The position numbers were made by a program, and so were the translations under genes. Shown one piece after another: positions 49,102-61,107 of a DNA stretch of 64,000 nt; within the stretch, counting starts at the first letter, position 1, and every line of letters begins with the position of its first letter. The notes below the pieces were generated by a model, which saw only the letters and a list, made by a program, of their open reading frames with translations, ran no database searches and had not been told where the DNA came from. This DNA is from Octopus vulgaris (Eukaryota): the NCBI GenBank assembly GCA_951406725.2, contig OX597817.1, positions 123,380,001-123,444,000 of the forward strand, written 5' to 3'.

Positions 49102-49345
49102 TCATGTTACATAGTGTAGTGGTGGAGGTTGGGATTTGAGGCTCGTTCTGTCTATTACTATGTCTGTGGCCTCTGTAATCTGTCTAAGTGTCGTGTCTGT
49201 TTTAAGCGTTGATAATACTTTACCATCTGTTTTATTAACCAAGCCTCTAAGTTCTAATTGAGCATGCTGGTAGAGCACTGACGAGCCTTTCTCCTCTTTG
49301 AGCTCCCGCCAGTCTTCATCAATCTGCTCCATTTCTGAAAAAATA
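49102..49345 (-). mobile_element. Penelope-like GIY-YIG endonuclease C-terminal remnant
   Basis: QIDEDWRELKEEKGSSVLYQHAQ...KVLST...LRQITEATDI resembles the R..EH...S.L..H...R...EA..I pattern of PLE GIY-YIG domains. Confidence 0.55.
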
Positions 49346-50599
49346 TAATGCACGATCTATTTTGCTAGTCTACTTCATCTTTTAAAATTCAAAGTGTAAT
49401 CATCTTATGAACTTGATTTATGTAGATTGTATTAGTTTGTGTGTGAAAATTATTAAGGAACATAATTTTGGTGGTAATGTTAAATATTCCAGTTTTCTAA
49501 GTCAAGATGGTATTAGCTTTCGTATTTGGTTGAATAAATGTTTTTTACTGTTTAACTCAAGGACAGAAACGAACAATACTTGTGACACTTCATTAGTAAC
49601 TAGAGGAAAGCAGAGTTATACTAAAATACTATCCCAATACTAACCACAGAATATGTAACGCTATAGACTTCTCAAGAACCAGAAGTCGTTTTAAACCAAA
49701 CCAAGCATCAAATAACACAGAGCTCAAAGAACCAGAACTAATACAACACACTATCTCATCCAGAAATTCTGCCAATTACCTGCCTTGGACAGGTACTTTA
49801 CTTAGTCGGAGCCAAACGAATGAACTTAAAGCACATACCGTAAGGACAAATCATTTCCACGTCCTGGTGACTCAGCCAATTTCGCTAAATTAATCGATCA
49901 TTGCAATAAATTTAATGAAAAGAGCCATTAGAAGATATGCACTTGAAATATGCAAGACCATGAACAAATAAATTTCATGAAATGTGACCACTAAAAAAGC
50001 AACAAATGAAAATGCCACTTCTGAGTTTTCTTGTAGGAAACACTATCTCTTTTTTCTGCAACTGTAAAAGCAGTATTAATGTGGGAAACAAACGGTGATT
50101 TATGCAAACCGGACACCACTTCAATTTGCAAGAGAAACAGGCAAAAAGTACGATAATTAACCCTGGAAAAAGACTGACAGGCAATACAATCATTGACCAG
50201 CAAAGAGAGAGTATTGCAAACTCTCTTTTTCTCTCTCTTTCTCTCTCTCTCTCTCTCACTCTTCTTTTTCTCTTTTTTATATCTTTCAGTATCACCCACT
50301 ATTTCTTTCGCGTTCTCTCATACACAAACACTCTCTCCTCCTCGCTCTCTCGTCTCATACATAATCATATTCTCCTTCTCACGTAATTCTCCATCCGTCT
50401 GCCTGACACTTGCACTCTCTTTATTTGCTTCTATATTCTCCTTACATAACATAATAAAACTGCATACACAATGATAAAATACACAGCTATATTAGCACCT
50501 GTCTCCTTTCAGACTCTTGCAGAAAATTGCCGCATGTCAAATGCAAACGATATGCCATTAACCTTATGCTTTAAGACATCAAATTATGATATTTTCACC

Positions 50600-51600
50600 A
50601 AACAAATATTGCAGCTACATAATGCTATAGATTCAGGTTAAAATCTAATCCCAAAACCTGAAGGGGTCTGTAATATACTCATAAAGCCCTCTGCATCATT
50701 TCTTTTAGCTGTGCTTTACCTGAAGCTTATATTAATTCCAGTGAAAAGGGCCACGTTTATGGATGCTATTCATAAGAAAGACTCCAGAGTCGATCTGCTA
50801 TAATCCCTGTATCTTTAATAACGACAGTCAGTAAAGTAATGGAATTATAGTCAATAAACAACTGCTAAAAAGCCAATTAAGTAAATAATTCTGCTTCTGT
50901 TCAAACCACTTACGCCAGACATTCTCCTATTTTCCATGACATGGTGCAATTAAATTTAAGTCCAGGACATCAAATGAGCTTTTGACAGAGCCTGACACGA
51001 CGAATTCTGCGCATGGCTGATATCAAAGGGAATACGCATAAAACTGCTTAGATGGCTGCAAAGCTACCTTAATTAATTATCCATTAACTGCAGTCTTTCA
51101 GGCCAGTCTTCTCATCTCTTATCGACTAACGAATTAATAATATTAAGCTCAATACTTGGTTCACTTAGTCTTTATTCTTGTAAATAATGTTATTGACACA
51201 TCTGAAAACGAGCTAGACCCTTATACTAAAGATTCCACGCTATTTAAAAAAAAAAACAAAAAGAAAGAAAACACGCTGGTCAGCAGGTAAGAATGAACTT
51301 AGGTCAACTAGCGTAAACAGAAACCTTGTGAAAAGGAAACCTTAATAGACGCATTAAAGAGGGACATCAACGAACATAACAGAAATAAATATATTAATCA
51401 AGGGAAAGAACTCCAGTCCATCAAACAGAATTAATGTTTGAAATCGTGTAAGCCAACTAAAAGGAGGCTAAAAACTGTTTTGGTATTATTATATGCAAGT
51501 TATCAGTGGTGTAATAAATATCCACTATTGCAAAAAAAAAACTACATTCAGAAAGTCGGGACAATTTCTACAATAATCAAGTTTTAAGATGCATAGATTA
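50600..51600 (+). mobile_element. Very decayed CR1/Jockey-like RT fragment
   Basis: AIHKKDSRVD...IPVSLITTVSKVME near 50765-50845. Confidence 0.5.
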
Positions 51601-53074
51601 ATGAATATCTTGAATGAATGCTCCACATAACATCCTTAACCGGCTAACCCATCAAAAAGCTTCTCATGGTCATTGGGATTGGTGAAACCTAATCGGCTAA
51701 AAGCTTGCTGTCGACTTAGATATGATTATTTGATTAAGAACATCATGTGGTTCCAGTATACCATAGTGGGCAAATCTTTTACTATAGTCTAAGATTGACT
51801 AACCTAGACATACACTACCTAGAAGTTTTTCGTATGTGCGCACAAATATGTATATATGTATATATCTACGTTTGTGTGTATGTATATGCATGTATGTATA
51901 TGTATGTATGACGTACGCGCATGCGCGCATGCACATATTGTTGACGTCATAATGTCGAGAGGACGTAAATAATTCCTTTTTGGAATATTTTCACCTTCAC
52001 ATAAAGCTCAAAAAATATATAAATAATGGGTTGGAAAAACCCTTTTAGAGACAAAAATGATGAAGGTTACCCCCCCCCCACAAGCAGGCCTCGATAACTT
52101 GTAATATCCTAAGGGGTTTTACATACCACTTTTTCAGCTTTGTGGGATGTGCCGCGAGAGCCCTAAATTAATACACACACACACACACTCACACACACAT
52201 GTACAGGAAGAAAGAGAAAAGGGGAGAGGGAAGGAGGGAGAGAGAAAAATAAGAAGGGCAAGCAGAAAAATAGATAGTTGAGAGATATATAGATATCAAT
52301 CTGATTATCCGTATAAAGCTGGTAAGTCTTGATTGAGCAAGGAATATATAAAATGCCATTTCTGCAAAAGTATAAATAAAAATACAAATAACTAGAAAGA
52401 AGAAAATGGAAAGCATTGTATGTTAAATCTAATTGTTATCATCCATGAATTCAGTGTCTTATTTAAGGTTGGTTGCTCCTCCAAACTTGATAACCTTTTA
52501 AGAACCATATTTGAAATTTCTTCTCTCCAAGACTGGTAGTTTCTGCTTTGGAACAGATATAATACAATAAGGTTTCTGAATAGTCTCTTCAGGAGTTTCA
52601 GTATGATTTCGTACGACTTGTTTATGATAGAATATAGTTCAAAGGAATTCTGCCTGCTTAGTTTTAGATATGTTTTATACGTAAATACATCTGGCTACGA
52701 TGAAGATCGATAGTTTGTCTCCCATTCATTCCAACCTTGACTAATTATATTTTTGCCGAATGATTTGACTTGTAAAATATTTAGAACGTAACCTGTATCC
52801 TTTCTTTCTGTGCTCATTCTTGCTTATTCAACTGATTTCTGTTTCCATAATATCTATGTTCAGTTATCTAAATCATTGTCACTTGTTTATTATTTTCCTC
52901 TAGACAATCGTATGCTTTTAGGAGAATATTCTCCTTTTCTTTTTATTCCATTCCATCTTTCTGTTGATGTTGTGGTTTTGGCAGTAGTGAAAGCCAGTAG
53001 TTACTTTCCATTACTGTTGGGAGCAAAAATTCTTAACACCATCGGTGATGCCTTCTCACACCTTCTGCTCAAGT

Positions 53075-53292
53075 ATTCTTTTCTGCTCTAGGCACAAGGC
53101 TCGAAATTTTAAGTGGGAGGGGACCAGTCGATTAGATCGAACCCAGTATGCAACTGGTACTTAATTTATCAACCCCGAAAGGATGAACGGCAAAGTTGAC
53201 CTCGGTAGAATTTGAACTCAGAACGTAAAGACAGACAAAATACTACTAAGCATTTCACTCGGCGTGCTAACGTTTCTGCCAGTCGCCGTCTT
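53075..53292 (-). mobile_element. SINE type A
   Basis: Matches the 27914 copy; imperfect flanking repeat CCTTCTGCTC / CCTTCTACTC. Confidence 0.9.
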
Positions 53293-54069
53293 CCTTCTAC
53301 TCTAATATTGTTGCTGTTATTGCTACTGGTATTATTATGTTAGGATCATTGTTGTTGCTATTAATGCTGCTTCGACTGGCTGCTGCTCATTACGATGATT
53401 GAAGTGATATATGCTGAAAGGTGTTGACTACCAGCAGTGGTTTCACTATCAAATCACCTCCCACTTTCCTCTCTTGTTGGCCGGCCAGCAAAGATTTTAG
53501 CGTGGAAGCCAATTCCGATTTTTATTGTGTGTGAAAAAATTTCGTATTCTTTCAAACTTTTACCTGTGGGGTGAGTGAAAAAGCTGCCCGGCACTTGGTT
53601 TCGTTTGATCCAGATCCTCAGTGGGATCAGAATTGCAAAAATGTAACAAACAGGGTGGTTAGATTCACCCAGAAGTGAACCGGGAAGAAACTATCCCTGA
53701 CTGATCGAAAGGAAATGGCAAATGCTTACCTCAAATCTCACATCTACCCGACCGTCCTGCCTTTCTCCGCTTCGCAGCAGACCAGAATGGAGTGCTTGAG
53801 CTCCGGTACCCCGCCGGTCCGTTTGCTTTCATGACCCACTACCTGGAGGACTGAGCATAGCGTTGCTAATGGTGTGTAGTTATATGTTGAAATTATGACG
53901 TACTTTATCTTTCTTTGACAGTGGACAGGTATGGTCACCGTTTGTTACATGTGCTCATCTCTTCTGAGTGAGCTGCAGTACTGAATCAAGTGTTGACTGT
54001 CTGACATATAGCGCTCACAATTAATGCAGTTGAGGAATGCGATTAGGGGACGTTTCACCAATACTTTCT

Positions 54070-54600
54070 ATAGAGAGTTACTGGTGAGTAACAGCGATGA
54101 CGTCTTCTGGGCTTTAATGGAAATCAGCTGGTTGGTATTATTCAGAGGATTTCGGAGCTGGAGCCCATGAATAATTTCTAGAACTTCTAGGAAGTATTGC
54201 CAATTCAGGATACCAATGGGCATTGCCGGTTTGAGGTAAGCTTTGAAGGCACTGAAGTCCCGCCAACCAGGACAATCTGTGATGCGCGCAGAGCAACAAA
54301 ATTGTACGCGCAAGGCCAGAGTAGTGTTGATTTTTAAAGTTATGTTGAACAGCTGTAGTCGCGTATAGGACAAATTGACCATGTCTGTCGGAGGGGATAG
54401 CGCCACCATCCACCTTCAACAAGGCAGTAGAAGTTATGTTCCTCTGTTTAGTTGCTATTGCAAAATATGTTGTGTGGTAGGCGAGGCTGTCATAATTGAG
54501 GAAAGATACCGCCCTCTTCAGTTAAACCCCATCGACTCTTTTACATTCCACTTGGAGTGGGAAGTAAGAACAGAGAGGCAAACGCTCTCTTCCATGGGTG
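54070..54600 (-). mobile_element. Decayed gypsy-like integrase fragment
   Basis: IPSDRHGQFV (cf. SDxGxQF) followed after a frameshift by FKAYLK...NWQYFLEVL. Confidence 0.4.
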
Positions 54601-54984
54601 ACTGTGAAGAAAATGTTTAGGGTGATCTTTAGATCACACTAAACATTTTCTTGTGCCTTTAGATTGGGGAACAGAAGTTAGGTGGGACTTTTGCCTGGTT
54701 ACGCTCATCTTGGATTTGTGGGGTCTCTTGATTATCCCTAGTTAGAAGGTCTCCCGTACCAGATGGATCATATATGTGTTTACGTATTTTGTATACTACG
54801 TATAACTATATCTTATTTTGCCCTCCCTTCTTTTCCTTTCCCTCATCTTTTATGTAAACCCTCACTCAAATAACAAACTGTTCTTATAATGTCTACTTTA
54901 TTTGTAATCCCTGTGGCAAATAAATGAAATTATTATTATGATAATAGATGAAAACTGCAGACTAAAGTGGCACTTGTTTATTGA

Positions 54985-55590
54985 TCATGCTACAAGAATC
55001 TTCTGGAGAAATCCTGCAGTTCCAAACGACGATAATTGTTGTAGGTGTTCTATCTTTACATTTGTACCAATCTTTTTAAGCCACATTGGTAGTTGAGTGC
55101 TGATACTGCCAAGCATGCCAATTAATATTGATATAACATCCACTCTCTTCATTGCCCACAATTTGCGTATTTCCCATTTCAAATCGTCATAGTTGTTCAG
55201 TTCTGCTTTCCCTTTGACCCTGTTGTCACTGGGACATACCATGTAGATTATCATGCAAGGTTTTTTTTTCCTTTTTGTTGAGTACAACAATGACAGGTTT
55301 TCGAAGTCTGATCAGGTGATCGCACTGAATCATTGCATCTCATAAGATTTTGCAATTATCATTTTCGGTGTCTCCTTCTGGAGTTTGCTCATACCACAGC
55401 TTTGCTCTTTCTAGGCCGTGATTTCCACAGAGCTCCCAATGGTTCATTCTTGCCACAGCGTCATGTCTTTTGTAATCAAGTTGTGCCAATTTCGGGCATT
55501 CGCTAACAATATGCCATACCGTTTCGCTTTGCATTTGTCGTTCACAGTTGTGTTGTCAATTCTGCATTCCTCATAGTTCGTACTTAACGC
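54985..55590 (-). mobile_element. Decayed R4/Dong-like LINE 3' end (CCHC plus RLE)
   Basis: ETVWHIVSECPKLAQLDYKRHDAVARMNHWELC...WYEQTPEG...NCKIL; CPSDNRV...YDDLKWEIRKLW...IGMLG...FGTAGFLQKIL. Confidence 0.88.
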
Positions 55591-55638
55591 TTCTTGTGAT
55601 TTTTGTTGTTGTTTTTGTTGTTATTGTTGTTGTTGTTG

Positions 55639-55673
<35 letters not shown>

Positions 55674-55675
<2 letters not shown>

Positions 55676-56050
55676 TCTTTTACTCTTTTACTCTTTTACT
55701 TGTTTCAGTCATTTGACTGCGGCCATGCTGGAGCACCCGGGACTTATTCTTTGTAAGCCCAGTACTTATTCAATCGGTCTCTTTTGCCGAACCGCTAAGT
55801 GACGGGGACATAAACACACCAGCATCGGTTGTTAAGCAATGCTAGAGGGATAAACACAGACACACAAACACACATATATATATATACATATATACGACAG
55901 GCTTCTTTCAGTTTCCGTCTACCAAATCCACTCACAAGACTTTGGTCGGCCCGAGGCTATAGTAGAAGACACTTGCCCAAGTTGCCACGCAGTGGACTGA
56001 ACCCGGAACCATGTGGTTGGTAAACAAGCTACTTACCACACAGCCACTCC
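55674..56050 (-). mobile_element. SINE type D within (TTA)n
   Basis: Reverse complement starts GGAGTGGCTGTGTGGTAAGTAGCTTG; colinear with 20250-20667. Confidence 0.92.
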
Positions 56051-56109
<59 letters not shown>

Positions 56110-56492
56110 GGAGGCGCAATGGCCCAGTGGTTAGGGCAGCGGACTCGAGGTTGTAGGATCGCGGTTTCGATTCCCAGGCCGGGCGTTGTGAGTGTTTATT
56201 GAGCGAAAACACCTAAAGCTCCACGTGGCTCCGGCAGGGATGGTGGTGATCCCTGCTGTACTCTTTCACCACAACTTTCTCTCACTCTTACTTCCTGTTT
56301 CTGTTGTACCTGTATTTCAAAGGGCCGGCCTTGTCACTCTCTGTGTCACGCTGAATATCCCCTAGAACTACGTTATGGGTACACGTGTCTGTGGAGTGCT
56401 CAGCCACTTACACGTTAATTTCCCGAGCTGGCTGTTCCGTTGATCGGATCAACCGGAACCCTCGTCGTCGTAACCGACGGAGTGCTTCCAAC
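56110..56492 (+). mobile_element. SINE, head type C with tail type Y, within (TTA)n
   Basis: The head matches the 13254-13533 copy; the tail (ACCTGTATTTCAAAG...CGTCGTAACCGACGGAGTGC) matches the 14344 copy. Confidence 0.92.
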
Positions 56493-56494
56493 CA

Positions 56495-56550
<56 letters not shown>

Positions 56551-56556
56551 TACTAC

Positions 56557-56608
<52 letters not shown>

Positions 56609-56609
56609 G

Positions 56610-56825
56610 ATTTCAAATTTTGGCACAAGGCTATCAGTTTCTGGGGAGGGGGTTAAGTCGATTACATTGACCCCAGTGTTCAGCAGGTACTTATTTTACC
56701 AACCACCGAAAGGATGAAAGGCAAAGTCGACTTCGGCGGAATTTGAACTCAGAACTGTAAGACGGGCGAAATACTGCAAAGCGTTTTGCCCGGCGTGATA
56801 ACGATTCTGCCAGCTCACCACCTTA
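56610..56825 (-). mobile_element. SINE type A
   Basis: Matches the other type A copies; its tail abuts (TTA)n. Confidence 0.9.
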
Positions 56826-57419
56826 CTCATCATTATCGTTAACACAATGCCCAGCTCGTCTCACAACTTAATCGCATTCTCTAAGATATCAGGTATATCC
56901 CTGCTTAATCATTATGTTTGTTGTAGTGAATGCCTGAGAGTAACATAATTTCTCAGTGAGCTGTTTCAGTTGACAGTTTCAATAGCACTAGGAAATTAAT
57001 TCATTCAGTTATATAGCTAATACCGTTGAAAACGGCTACTCATCAGGCTCTCTCCTTCTCTTCCTTCATAAATGTGTAACTAAATACACATATTTAACTA
57101 TCAATGTTTTGTAGTTTTGAAATGGTATTGATATAAGTAGTGTCCAAATAGATACTAAATTTCAGTGATAAGATCTCTGCTGGACAAAGCATCTTTATCG
57201 TCCCGAATAAAATAGGCATTATCAATATGATGCTGCACATTTATTTTACAAATGTTATTTAAGTGTGTCAGTAGATCATACATAATTATACAATTATTTA
57301 CAATAATCAACGCTTTCGACATAGGTATTAAAATAGAAATGAAACACGTGAACCAAGTATCTTCCTCTACATAGAGAAGTAATTATGTTGGTTACATAAA
57401 TACAGGGTGTGCACATATT

Positions 57420-57626
57420 TTAACCCTTTAGCGTTCAGATTACTCTGTTAAATGTAATACTTTTTCACTCAAATTGTTTTGAATTAATCATGCATTATCT
57501 TATAGCTTTGAGGTTTCAATGATGTGATTGTTTATATTTAGAATGACATTGTAGGTTAGGTGTGAGAGGCTAGATATTGCCAGTTTGAATATAAAACATG
57601 TAGAATATTTGGGCCAGATATGGCCT
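57420..57626. mobile_element. piggyBac-like MITE fragment
   Basis: Begins TTAA-CCCTTTAGC; the second terminus was not seen. Confidence 0.45.
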
Positions 57627-57796
57627 TAAACGAAAACTTCCATGAAACTTTGCAGGAATTATATAACGGAATATTATTTACAGAAAAATGCAGGCTAGTA
57701 ACGGAACAATTCTCCCTTATTCCTTAACTTCAATCTTATTTATGAATAATATATTCACTCTAGAACTCAATATCAAAGAAATGATGTGTGTGTGTG

Positions 57797-57867
<71 letters not shown>

Positions 57868-57913
57868 GTATGCATGTATATCTATATCTGTATATATATA
57901 TATATATATATAA

Positions 57914-58420
57914 AACTCATTAGAAATAGCAGCTAAAAAACTTTTTTAAAGCTATTTCTAATACTTAAAGAAAATCTCTCTCATATATAGTGTTTGCTTG
58001 ATTCAACTCACAAAAGTTTGGGGGTAAGGACATTAAAAAATCAAATGCTAATGTTATTTGAGAACGTACGTTTCAAGATTAGTCAAAACAACATTTCTAT
58101 CTTCAGCTCAGAAACTCCTTGGTTTGGATTTGGAAACACTGAAAGTAAGAACATACCCTTTCGAAGATCTTCGAAAGGGTATGTTCTTACTTTCAGTGTT
58201 TCCAAATCCAAACCAAGGGGTTTCTGAGCTGAAGATAGAAATGTTGTTTTGACTAATCTTGAAACGTACGTTCTCAAATAACCTTAGCATTTGATTTTTT
58301 AATGTCCTTACCCCCAAACTTTTGTGAGTTGAATCAAGCAAACACTATATATGAGAGAAATTTTCTTTAAGTATTAGAAATAGCTTTAAAAAGTTTTTTA
58401 GCTGCTATTTCTAATGAGTT
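57914..58420. repeat. 507-bp near-perfect palindrome with no spacer, centre 58167/58168
   Basis: Centre TCGAAGA|TCTTCGA. The arms differ by 3 substitutions and one 1-bp indel by manual comparison. Mirror ORFs in the track confirm the symmetry. Confidence 0.98.
58225..58276 (+). ncRNA. Minimal type-I hammerhead-ribozyme-like motif (mirror copy on - at 58059-58110)
   Basis: TGAG-CTGAAGA-(25 nt)-GAAA-C-GTAC-G-T-T-CTCA: intact CUGANGA and GAAA, palindromic helix III, GUU triplet and a 4-bp helix I. Helix II is weak. Confidence 0.55.
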
Positions 58421-58558
58421 CAGTATGCGGCAAAGTAATTTATTTTACTAAGCCCTTTTATATAATGTAATAATTTGAATTCGCCTTAAATGGTCCCTTT
58501 GCATACTGAACACTTGGTGAAATTGATTAATAATTAATTAATTTTACCCTCAATTGTT

Positions 58559-58561
<3 letters not shown>

Positions 58562-58605
<44 letters not shown>

Positions 58606-58758
58606 ATGTACATGTATGTATGTATGTATGTATGTATGTATGTATGTATGTATGTATGTATGTATGCATGCATGCATGTATGTATGCATGCATGTATGTA
58701 TGTATGTATGTATGTATGTATGTATGTATGTATGTATGTATGTACGTATGTATGTATA
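58562..58758. repeat. (TA)n/(TATG)n microsatellite
   Basis: Seen directly. Confidence 0.97.
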
Positions 58759-59410
58759 CAGGTACACAATCCTTTATCTGGAACCCTTGGAGGCAGTTGA
58801 GTTCTGAACTTCGTATTTTTTTGCGGATTTTAGAACAAAAACCAGCTGCCCCGGATTGTAAACTGAACATCAAAACAGACGTCCTACTACGATAAGAAAA
58901 GCAGATGTATACACACTCACAATAAGTTGGAAAAAAGTTAAGATTTATTTATAGAGTTATACATTGGTAAATGAAATAGTGAGATAAGATCACAAATAAG
59001 TTACATATAGTGGGATAATTTAAAACAAAAGTACACGAACCACATATACATTTATACACATTACCATGATATTTCTGTAGAGAGACGCACAAGTAATCGC
59101 ACTAATTTGAATAAAGAAGGACTACAAATGGTATTACAGTTTATTTGTATGCTAGAGCCATAAAATAGTTCCGACTAGGCTAAATATATGGCTGCAATTA
59201 AGTTGTAGAACAAAATCCGTCAGTGATGCCAACGTCATCATCAGGTTGCAGGCAAATTTCCGGTTATGAGCCAGGAACGAGACATAGGTAGAGAAAATGG
59301 TAATGGCAACATGTGCCAGTGTGCCTATGCATTTACATATTGTTGTTGTTCTTTATATCTTTATCTTAGTCGTTGTACAAAGAGAGAACGTTGAAATAAA
59401 TTATTTAGTA

Positions 59411-59705
59411 CTTCGTCGGTTACGACGATGAGTGTTCCAGTTGATCCGATCGACGGAACAGCCTGTTCGTTGAAATGAACTAGCAAGTGGCTGAGCACTC
59501 CACAGACACACGAACCCTTGCCTTTGTTCTTAAGGATATTCAGCGTGACACAGAATGTGACAGAGCTAGCCTTTTGAAATATATGTATTTCTGATTTTTG
59601 CCAGCCGAGTGAACTGCAGCTACGTTAAATGTAATGTCATTCTCAAGGACACAATGAACCGGTAGGAATCAAACTCGCGACCAAACGAATACCTCAACCA
59701 CTAAA
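59411..59705 (-). mobile_element. Diverged SINE, head type B with tail type Y
   Basis: Reverse complement contains TTGTGTCCTTGAG, CAGCTGC/GGCTGGCAAAAAT, TGTGTCACGCTGAAT, GTGCTCAGCCAC and CGTCGTAACCGACG. Confidence 0.85.
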
Positions 59706-60375
59706 CTACACTGAAACAACTACTGGCATCGATTTGACCGACTAAATCTCTTGAAAGCGATGCTCCAGCAGAGTCGCAGTCTAGTTACCTGAAACCGATA
59801 AAACAATAAATAGAAGATAATTGTGCTAAGGGGTTGTATTTTTACCAAATATCCTATAAAAGCATTACCCCGGTAAGACCGCCATAAAATGGTTGAAATG
59901 AGTAAAATAGTAAAAGATGTGGATGGGGCATTTGTTAAACGCTATTCTTTGAAAAGACGTTTAACAAACGCTGAACAAGATAAGAGCTACTGATCAAGAT
60001 TTTTCTTATTTGGGATAATATTAATACAATTATGTAGTTACGAGGGGCATATCCCTTGCTATTCTTTTTATAAAGATATGCAATAATGCTTTCCAAACTT
60101 AAGCTTCTAGTTAGACGTTTAGAAAAGAAGATAAAGAGAATCCTTGAGGTAAGGATCTTTTCAGCATTATTAGCGATATAACTAAAACTAATTGATACCA
60201 ACGTGCTATTAAAACTGTCAACTAAATCAGCTCGCAGTGAGGATATCTGTTGCTCTGAGGCATTCACTACACGAAACAGCGTAATAATGATATATCTGCT
60301 TATCTTGGCAAAAGTATCTGCTACAATTAGGTTATCGAGAGAAACTTTATGAGACGACATGGTGGGCACCGTGTT

Positions 60376-60587
<212 letters not shown>

Positions 60588-61107
60588 GACCTGATGCAGT
60601 ACCAGGCAGTGGCTGTCATGGTTTCTCATCTTAACTAATTGGAAATGTTATCATGTACATTGTTTTGTTTTGTTTTGGTGTAAAATATGGGCTACAGCAA
60701 ATACTTTGCTCAATACCACAGATTTATTTGTCAGTTGTTTGACCATAACCAGTTGAGCATGTCCCTTAGTGGCTGACGATATGTGCATCTCTGATCATGA
60801 ACAGAAGTAGTGGAGGAGCATCATAGCTATGTGTTGAAAGAAATTCTTTGGGGTTTGGATAATTCACCTCTGGAAACATGGGTGTTTCGTTCAAGAACCT
60901 TTTGAGCGGGATGGGCTGCTCTAACTCGGCTCCACTTGCAAGGTCATGCGCTGTTTATCTTGATATGAGATCACCATGTCGCGCACATATAGTTGTGATG
61001 CATGTGCCTGGTGTGCCCTTATCAGACAGGTAGTCATGATTGGTATACTGTGTTTCGTATACTTTACCCCAGTGTCACTTTGATGGCTTGCCCTACTCCC
61101 TCACTCA
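60588..61107. mobile_element. Unclassified ~520-bp insert bounded by (TAA)n
   Basis: A complex, higher-GC block with AATAAT repeats on both sides and no protein motif recognised. Confidence 0.35.

Noticed and set aside
52400-53050. Possible CR1/L2 RT remnant on the minus strand
   Set aside because: Only one weak W..DN...FN..C-like hint; insufficient support.
57994-58341. Paired near-identical ORFs on opposite strands
   Set aside because: A direct consequence of the palindrome; no protein motif.
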